From: Octopus sinensis
Taxonomy: Eukaryota
DNA length: 64,000 nucleotides
NCBI RefSeq assembly: GCF_006345805.1
Contig: NW_021833473.1
Location: 124,001-188,000, forward strand
Direction of reading: 5' to 3'
Shown: positions 55,046 to 64,000 of the stretch, piece by piece
How the letters are laid out: the number at the start of each line of letters is the position of its first letter
Numbering within the stretch: position 1 is the stretch's first letter
Translations under genes and position numbers: made by a program
The notes under the pieces: model-generated
What the model saw: only the letters and a program-made list of their open reading frames with translations
Databases searched by the model: none
What the model was told of the DNA's origin: nothing

Positions 55046-58000
55046 TCTCTCATATATATGAAACTGAGAATGTGTTTGTGTGCGTATGTGTGTGTGTGTG
55101 TGTGTGTGTGTCTGTCTGTCTGTGTGTTTCCCTAAAACTTTAGAACTACACAACCAGTTTCATTCAAATTTTACACATGCCTTACTTAGGGTCCGGGGAG
55201 TGTCATCGGGAAAGAATTTTAACTTTTTCCCTAGGGCAATCATATCTTCTCCACTATTTCAGTATTACGTGTTAAAAGAGAAACAAAATCATCTCTCTAT
55301 TGTAATACAGACACTTTAAATTGAATACTGAAACTATTAAAGTGAAAGTATTATATAAGAGGAATGAACCATTAACAGTGGTCATCCTTTTTGCTAGAAG
55401 AAGATCCGCTATGGTCTTATATGCTACACCACTGGTTTTCAATTCATATTAATCAAATTAATATTCAATTTTTTCCCCTTTTTATGTGTGTGTGTGTATT
55501 AGCAATTCGTATAAAATTGCATCAATGACTTGAACTTGAATAAGTGGTTTCACATAAATGGGGATAAATTAAAAAGGCTTGTTGTTATTATCATTACTGT
55601 TTGACTATTGTAATCACGTTTGTTGGTTCCCCGTCGGGAAAACGTTGTTGTGTTGCATTTGATAAATAATTGTAAACCGTAACCCTCCCCGCTTCGGAGA
55701 AGGTGCTTTGGTTATTGTTTAAAAATTGAATTGTGTCCTTGTTTGGGGAAATTGACAATATTTTCACCGTCTTTACGGAAGCATTTTTGTTAAAATGCCT
55801 TCGATAGAAGAAAGTCCCAAAATTAATTTCGCTGCAGCCGTACTCTCTATACAAGAAGGAGGACAAGGTCCAATTGATCGAAATTGCAAGAGACGGGCCT
55901 ACAATTCCAGTCTGTTATATAGTGCTGTGAATGGTCAGGGACACCTCTATGACCTACTTTGCTGGCTTGGAGACAGAAAGTCTGGAATGCAAAGTTATAG
56001 TCCTTTGTTTTGGGAAGAGTAATGGCTTTTGGAAGGACCCTCTACACTTTTGCCGGTCAAGGAAAGTTCGCTCTAAACACCCCTTAAAAGGAAGGGCTGA
56101 GAAAGACAGATTAAGAGATCTGGGAGCTGTCATGAGAGAGTGACAGTGACAGCGTAGAGGAGGACAGACAGAGGTTATTGCAGAGCTAGGAGAGAGAGAG
56201 TGACAGTGACAGCGTCGATGAGGACAGGGACATAGGACTAAGCGGCGATAGAGAGAGTATTATAGCTAAGAGAGATTGGGGGTGGTGACAGGGCAAGAGG
56301 TTTTGGCAGTCGGTATTTGGAATTCAGGGCAAGCGGTTGGCAAGTTGGATTTAGCGGCCAGGATTTGGTATTCAAGGCAAGCAGGTTAGCAAGTTGGATT
56401 TAGCAGTGCTGAGAGAGATGAGGTACAGTGTGAGACACTGGCTATTATAGTAGGAACTAAGGTACGTGAATTGTGTATTGATATGTGAAGAAAAAGAAGT
56501 AAAAAAGACTCGATGTAAAGAGACTGTAAAAGAAATGAGACAGTGAAAAGAACAATGTGAACTGTGTAAAGACATTGTGTACAGAGTTGTGTTAAGGCAA
56601 AAGAGAGCTGTGTAATGAACATTGAACTGTTAGGCCTTTAATGTCCTTTGAACTGTAACTTTAATGTGATTTGAAACAGAACTGTTGTCTCCGGACGTGT
56701 ACTCTTGAAATGCTGTTGTTATTGCATTTGATGTGTTGTTACCTGCATGTTTAAATGCTTTGATCTGTGGTATACCTGTATGATGTATTGAGTTGTTGTT
56801 TAATTTGACGTGTCCTCTTTAAATGTATCTGATATGTATCTGATATGTATTTGATGTTGTAACAATTAATAGTCATATAAACTAGTACGTTAAATGTGAG
56901 CCAATTGCCTTGCCTTCTTTGTGTCTCTCTCGATTGTCTCTGTATCTTCTTGCGGCTGCTGTTGTAGTTGTTGTCGTCATCTCTCTCCTCTCCGAGTTTC
57001 CGTGGCGAACTTTCCCGTTCGGGCGAGCAACGGCAGGTGGTCTGTAACAATTGGTGTCAGAAGTGGATTGTCCTGATTGCTGCGCTGATCGACCGGGTGA
57101 CGGCAGGTGGTCCGTAACAATATTTTGAGTATTGTTATCACTAGCGATATCAACATATAACTTTGTATTTTGTATTTTATGTGTAAATGTATACATATAG
57201 ATGTACATGTAATATGTACACATATATATATACATATATACATGCATAATATGGAGGTTTCGCAGCAACCATCGGACAGCACGATATTGATAATAGATGG
57301 ATTGTTCCATACTGCCCACTCCTGTCAAAGACTTTCAATGCCCACATCAACGTTGAGTTATGCAACTCCGTTAAATCCATCAAGTACGTTTGCAAATATG
57401 TAAACAAGGATTCTGACGCTGCAATGTTTGGACTTCAACAAGAATACTGCCAGGATGAGGTGACGCATTATCAGGTGGGACAGTACATAAGTAGCAACGA
57501 GGCTTTCTGGCGCATCTTTGGCTTTACCATTCACCAACGACACCCCGCCATTCAACAGCTTGCAGTGCTCCTGGGAAATGGTCAAAGAGTGTACATCACC
57601 GATGCTAATGCTTCTCTGTTGGAAGAGGAACCAAGGGATAGCACACTCACTGCATTCTTCAAGCTTTGTCAAGTGGATTCATTCGCTCAAACCTTGCTGT
57701 ATCCACAGATTCCATCGTACTACACTACACTTAGAATAGAAAAAATGGGCCCCACGGAAAGCAGATCAAAATGTTCATGGATACCCTTTCATTAAGTTTC
57801 ACATTTGTCTTGGGGCGAGTATACACAGTGCATCTCACTCAACAAGAGTGCTTCTACCTTCGTCTACTACTGCATGAGATCAGAGGGCCAACGTCTTTCC
57901 AGGCCCTAAAACGGTTCATGGACATGTCTGCACAACATACAGAGAAGCCTGCTATCGACAAAGTCTGTTAGAAGATGGTGCACAATGGGATGCAACTTTA

Positions 58001-58884
58001 GGACAGGCTGCTTTATCACAATCACATAAAAGTCTCAGGGCACTATTTGCAGTATTACTACAGGCACGGGAACTGTGTGATCCGGCCACTGTATGGCTCA
58101 AATATAGAGACAACCTGGCTGAAGACTTTCAGCACCAAGCTCAACTTATCTATCCTGAAATGGAGGGTATCAGCAATGAAATCTATAACAAAACACTCAT
58201 TGACATTGAAGACAGAATTGCTAAACTGGGTGGAAATGAATTGTCGAAGTATGGCCTGCCACAAGCATTCAGGTCAGGGTCAAATAGCCTTCCCACTGCT
58301 GTCATTCGTGAAACAACCTACGACACTCAAGCGCTTTCAAAGTACATTGTTGAAAATGAGCCTAAATTACTTCCGGACCAGCTGCAGGCTTACAGAACTA
58401 TTCTTAACAGTGTACGCCAACGCGAGGGACGAATCTTTTTCCTCGATGCTCCTGGAGGGACAGGAAAAACATTTATTACAAAGCTTCTCCTTGCAGAAGT
58501 TAGGCAGCATCAGAACATTGCAGTAGCTGTAGCCTCCTCTGGCATTGCAGCTACTTTGTTACCCGGTGGCAGGACAGCACACTCAACTTTTAAACTCCCT
58601 CTCAATTTAGCAGCATCCGAAATGCCTTCATGCAACATCAACAAAATCTCAGATCAGGGACTAGTACATTTTAAGTACTTAAAATGTGTCATCTAATTGT
58701 CTGGGATGAGTGCACTATGGCTCACAAGGGAGCTTTGGAAGCATTAGATAGAGCCCTGAAAGACATCCGAGACTGTCAGGCTCCAATGCGAGGTGTAACG
58801 CTTCTGTTGTCAGGTGATTTCAGGCAAACTTTTCCTGTCATTCCGAAAGGCACTAGAGCACATGAAGTCCAAGCATGGAATTAG
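55046..58884 (+). mobile_element. Helitron remnant in the last intron of gene C (5' TC end; Rep C-terminal part + PIF1 helicase at 57260-58884)
   Basis: HINVELCNSVKSIKYVCKYVNK, YISSNEAFWRIFGF, FFLDAPGGTGKTF, AVASSGIAATLLPGGRTAHSTFKLP and IVWDECTM. The 5' end a|tctctcatatatatgaaactgagaatg falls exactly where homology with the gene B intron stops. Confidence 0.85.
55609..57119 (+). mobile_element. Gypsy-type LTR with primer-binding site, nested in the Helitron
   Basis: TGTAAT...GTAACA (ends 57049) followed by at-TGGTGTCAGAAGTGG PBS. A second LTR-end copy acggcaggtggtccgtaaca ends at 57119. The 5' boundary is inferred. Confidence 0.6.
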
Positions 58885-58899
58885 GAGGAGGAGATAAAA

Positions 58900-59690
58900 T
58901 TGGGATTGGTGAAGTCGTAAAAATTCTCCAACAACGTTTACAGTGATTGACTACAGCCTCCAGCAGCTTCACATAAGCGTCTAAATTGAGCCCAAGACCC
59001 TATTGAAAGATGTGGTGTGGTATGACATCACTCCCAATGGAGCCAACACAAAGACCATCACAGCTGAGCGTAAACTAGTTTTCATGATACGTGGGACATT
59101 ACATATATTGTAGGCAGGCCAGCAGTTGTCTGGGTGTTATGCAACTGGTCTTAGTAGAAGCCCTTTTCATCTGAGACGAATCAAATTATCTTCTCTCAAT
59201 AAAATGACTCAGCTCATTCAGGAACATTTTTACCTCCGTGAAGCAGTTCTTCTTGGCCTTGACTGTCAGAAGCTGTCTCTTGTACGAGGGGTAGTGCATA
59301 TGTTCACACAGAGTCAGCTAGATGGTGACGACTTCAATACCCATACGTCTCTCCAAAGCACGGATTCTTGCTTGGATTTACCATTCTTGCTTGGATTTAC
59401 CATCAAATTGTCCTGAAGTTGTTGGATGAATTTTAGTGAGGAGGTAATCACAACGCTTGCCTTTTCCTTTCCTGATGGCCACGGCTTCAAAGTTTCGCGA
59501 CAGCAGTCCATGTCTTATCTTAAAGCCTTTACAATGCTCACAGAGCACTGAACAATTGTCATGATATGATATCGGCACTTTGATACCCAGCGCGAATCGT
59601 CAGGATACAGGTGTATTCAGTTAGCCTCTCGTCCTCCATGCTAGCTACTATTTTCTTTTGTTTTTATGCTCTCCAACATCGAGCTATTCT
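58900..59690 (-). mobile_element. Decayed Tc1/mariner-like transposase fragment
   Basis: Remnant S-x-DEK-x-F region and HTH-like upstream part on the minus strand, heavily interrupted. Confidence 0.4.
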
Positions 59691-59967
59691 TGAATAATGG
59701 AAACAGAAAAATTTCCAAATTTTCCCGGAATTCGTAAATCAGGGAAAATGAATAGTATATTTATCAGCAGAGTGTTATCGAAGTGTACAGTATTACCAAG
59801 CACTCCGTTGAAACTGTAGTGCGAAGCTGATCAGTAAAATCTGCCGTAAAGGATATATAATACTGTATGTTAAAATTAATACATACATACGTACATACAT
59901 AATACATACATACATAAATACTTACATGCATATATATATATATATGAATATACTCCCTAATATTATC

Positions 59968-60017
<50 letters not shown>

Positions 60018-60235
60018 GGATTGTAATAATAATGAAGTCAAATCAAATAGTGATATTTTGAAATCATATAATTCATATGGTTCAGATTTTCGTAATATAT
60101 AATAGGAAATGCTTTCATTATCTAATAGATTATATATTATATATATAGATATGTGTGTGTATATGTATATGTATGTACGTATATATATATATAAATATAT
60201 ATATATATGTACACACATACATACACACATACATA

Positions 60236-60315
<80 letters not shown>

Positions 60316-60503
60316 ATGAAGGGTGAAATTAATTAATTTGGAAAAATATCAATTACACCAAGTAGTCTTCGGCATGTAAAAGCCTCATTCGAGGAAAATT
60401 TAAGTAATACTAAGCAATAAGGGTTTAGCAACGAGTTGCCTACCACATACCGAATTTAGAAATAGCAGTCAAAGGGTTATAGCTATTTCTTCTACTAAAA
60501 AGG

Positions 60504-60567
<64 letters not shown>

Positions 60568-61710
60568 ATTATATATATTTATACATTCATAATACCTATA
60601 TACATACATATATATACATTCCGAAAGATCACCCCAAGGACGAAGAAATATGAACCCAGAGTAGGGCAGAAGCCATAGTCCACTCATAATAAAAAGGAGT
60701 ACTGTGGGAATGTCCAAGTAAAGACCCCAATAAAATGTAAGCACAACATACCTGATATAAGGATTTGGTATAGAGAAGAGAAAATGTGCACAGTTGTGGA
60801 AAATAGCTGTCCAACGATTGTTAACATAAAGCTGAAGATCAGTGTAAAAGAGAACACCTATGCTGAACTATTGAGAAATCTGCAGTTACTCTATCCAGAT
60901 TAGAAGTTCGAATTTGTACCTGTAATTATCGGAGCCATGGGATATGTAACACACTGCCTTAAAAAAATCTTGAGAAATTAGGCTTCTGAAAATCAGAAAG
61001 GAGTAAGCTAATTCGACGAACTGTAAAAGGGTGTAAAACTTTCCAGAAGTTTATCATTTAAATATATTTTTAAAGTTGTCTAGACATCTAACTATATATA
61101 TGAGAATACTTGCATTAAACAAAACATACAAATCTGCACATACACATTCGAACATGCATGCATACATACATACATACATACATACATACATACATACATA
61201 CAAGCAAAAATACCTTGTTGTTAATGTTGAAATTCCAAGGAAGGAGTCTTAAATCTAGGTTAGAAACCGACTTTTTCTCTATTGGCAAGAAATCTTGAAA
61301 TAAAACTGAACAATGACATACACACATACATACACACGAAATATACTAAGAGAAAGAAAGAGAAACAACAGAAAAAACCTCGTGGCTCCCATAGTCCATC
61401 GATCGATCCATCCATTCATCCCAAATTCATGAGAGACATGTCTCCTTCGGGATAATTTATTACAGTCAGTGTGTGACCACAAAATACGTACAGTACACCC
61501 ACATTTCCAAATGTTGGCATGATACTTTAAAACTAAATATACCCAATCGTTTGTCTTATACAATATAATATTAATAAATTAGAAAATTTATGAATCACAC
61601 GAATTTACTAGTCATTTACATTATCCTTTGAACGAAAATTTGAATATTTATGGGTCAAATATACGGATATGAATAGAATTTCTTGCAAGGAATGTTCATA
61701 TTTTACTTAC

Positions 61711-61815
61711 TAAGATGCTGTACATAATAGCAGCGATGCCTGTTGGACAAAAGCAGCATATGGTGACACAAAGTGCCCAACCTATCCTATTCGGGATTTC
61801 ATCTTCCGGAGTTAT
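61711..61815 (-). CDS. CD225/dispanin gene C, CC-motif exon
   Basis: Acceptor cctattttcag, donor gtaagt, 105 nt, phase 0/0. Translates ITPEDEIPNRIGWALCVTICCFCPTGIAAIMYSIL. Confidence 0.9.
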
Positions 61816-61879
61816 CTGAAAATAGGATAAACAAAAGAAATAACATTATCATCAAAAGTTGGTGACGATGATGACAACG

Positions 61880-62345
61880 AAGACATTATCGAAAATGATA
61901 ATGCAAAGATCCTATGGGATTTTATGATTCAGTGCGACCATGAGATAGAGAATGGGAAGCCAGGCATATTCTAAATTTTGAAAGAAAGCAAACTATGCTG
62001 GATCATAGATATAGCATGCCCAGCTGACAAAAAGGTATGCGATAAGGAAGAAAGAAAAGTCGATAGATATGACAGGTTAGCTTGTGAGGTTAAAAAGTTG
62101 TGGTCGATGAAAATGTGGTAGTGGTACCAATAATTGTCGTAGCCCTGGGAAAATTGAGTAAAAATGTCGAGAAGTACATGGAACAAATAGGGGCTGCAAT
62201 AAAGGTGGAGCACTTACGGAAAACAGCACTGCATGGAACCGCTCGAATACTCCGGAAGGTGCTCGAAAAATAAAGTGTTGCCTTAGCTCACTGGTAGTGA
62301 ACAGCTGACACCGCACAACATCTCCAGCATTAGAAGCTGTGCAAA
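61880..62345 (+). mobile_element. R4/Dong-like LINE 3' end in a gene C intron
   Basis: Similar to the reverse complement of 21650-22035 (NDNAKILWDFMIQCDHEIE...) and followed by (TAA)n. Absent from the paralogous gene B intron. Confidence 0.85.
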
Positions 62346-64000
62346 GGCTATAATAATAATAATAATTATCATTATTATAATCCTTTGTTTCTTAGCCACA
62401 AGGGCCAAGAAAAATAGGATTGGACATTGCAAAGCATGAAGGACAAAGTGGGGTTATATAAAGTGTCGTGTATTAAGAGCCTCCCCAAGAACGTCGTCGT
62501 ATCCTTTCACTGCTAACCCTCTATACAACGCCATAGTAGAACTTCCACTAACCGCATTATCCGACTGGCTGAGGAGGGTGAGCACCTGGCGACAGTCAAG
62601 ATACCCAACGCCCTGTCTCGATCAACGCTTGATCCAAGATTGCAGCTTACTCAAAGAGACGAGCTGTGGGAAAGTGAGTCTGACAATCGGTGACCACACC
62701 TGCTCACCGCCGTCGAGGAAACGCTGGATGTGTATCAATAGCCACGGCATACCTAGCTCACCGTTCATAGGGTGTTGTCTCCGTTTGTCAGACTCGCTTT
62801 CCCACAGCTCGTCTCTTTGAGAAAACTGCAATCTTGGATCAAGCGTTGATCGAGACAGGGCGTTGGGTATCTTGCCTGTCGCCAGGTGCTCACCTTCCTC
62901 AGCCAGTCGGGTAATGCGGTTAGTGGAATGCCTGACCAGCAGAGACCATCCCTTCCATGAGAAGCAGAAAAGCAAACGCTTCAGCTTGACCAGGTACGAA
63001 CTGGGGCAAGGCACGATGGTGAGGTTGTAGTGAATGAGTGAGGCGACATGTGTTCGCTACCTCTGCCCGACTTTTCAAGGATAGCTTCTCAGTCCATTTC
63101 TAGGTGGACCTGTTTGGGTCGGTGCATGTTTGTGCGTTTTCAGCCTGTTTTTCGACGACTTGCACCAATCTCTTCACTAACACCTTGGCCAAAAGTTTCA
63201 TGTCTGCTTTAAGCAAAGTGATGGGCCACTTGATTGGATCCTTTCTCAACAGCAACACTGCTCGTCGGCTCACAGGTTTCGGAATTCTCTCATTCTGTTG
63301 CTAGTTGTCAAGAAGCCTGCAAACAAGTCTGACATGCTAGAATAAAGTTCGTAGGATTGACCATCTAATCCCGGCGATTTGTTCCCATTGCAGCCCATTA
63401 TTTCGTCCCGTATTTCCCCAATTGTTATCATCCTTTCGCAACATTTCGGCGCATTTTTGGGTGAGACTGGCTACCCTACTCGTCACCTCGCTCCAGTTGC
63501 TAAAATGATTTTTATGTTAGATGCACAACAACAGGAGACTCCTAGGTTGTGCACCTAACATAGAAAAATCATTTTAGCAAGTACCCACAATACAAGTGAG
63601 GAGGCAGGCTGCACTTCCAGGGTATATAACTGTCCAGTAGGAGGCCGATTCGAGGCTGAAGGGGTCATTAATGAGGCTATGGTGATACCTAGACCTGATA
63701 TCCGCAAAAACAGTAATGTACAATCAAACAACAATATTATTAGCTGATTAACCAGTTCTCATGCCAATACTGTTGCCACGCGCAGAGATAACAGCCAGTC
63801 CAGGACTAGTATCACAGAGAGCATCACTGAGGACTCCGGTACCACTGCCACGAACAATGAACAAACCATAGATACAGATAGAGTGACCAGGCCCTCAATA
63901 TATGTAACCACCAGTACAAACAATGCACCTAGAAATAATGACCTATCCAGCACCAGTGACTTTGAGGAGGTATCTACCGTTCCCAGTTTCGTTACCTCAG

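Larger units (their letters stand above)
61020..64000. repeat. Segmental duplicate of ~33995-37675 (gene B/C duplication); also 54389-55045 ~ 28089-28768
   Basis: Colinear intron, exon, L1 and Penelope fragments with the same order and orientation. Confidence 0.95.

Noticed and set aside
58160-58884. PIF1 helicase as a host gene
   Set aside because: Intronless, frameshifted and contiguous with Helitron Rep motifs.
54428-61815. Gene C as an uncollapsed haplotype of gene B
   Set aside because: Coding exons are only ~36-43% identical in protein and the transposon insertions differ, which is too divergent for ordinary alleles.

Overview
Eukaryotic, AT-rich, microsatellite- and transposon-dense animal genomic DNA. 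The SINE content and (TA)n/(CA)n/(TAA)n load suggest a cephalopod such as Octopus; this is an inference. Almost every ORF in the supplied track is a microsatellite artefact or a decayed transposon fragment. The real host content is a cluster of three spliced CD225/dispanin (IFITM/PRRT-like) membrane-protein genes, visible only from splice sites: gene A (+; exons 4025-4135 and 17168-17392), gene B (-; 39096-38924, 35203-35093, 28260-28114) and gene C (-; 61815-61711, 54571-54428). B and C lie in a tandem duplication. Their flanking introns are about 91-98% identical by hand count, but their coding exons are only about 62% identical in nucleotides (last exon) and about 36-43% in amino acids, a pattern expected for strong diversifying selection. 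The rest of the window is RTE, CR1, L1/Tx1 and R4/Dong LINE fragments, Penelope-like elements carrying minimal hammerhead ribozyme motifs (including a U3-A8 core variant), three Helitron remnants, a Gypsy-type LTR, a mariner-derived MITE expanded into a ~150-bp tandem array, SINEs and several long fold-back repeats. Exon coordinates are base-exact; most repeat boundaries are approximate.
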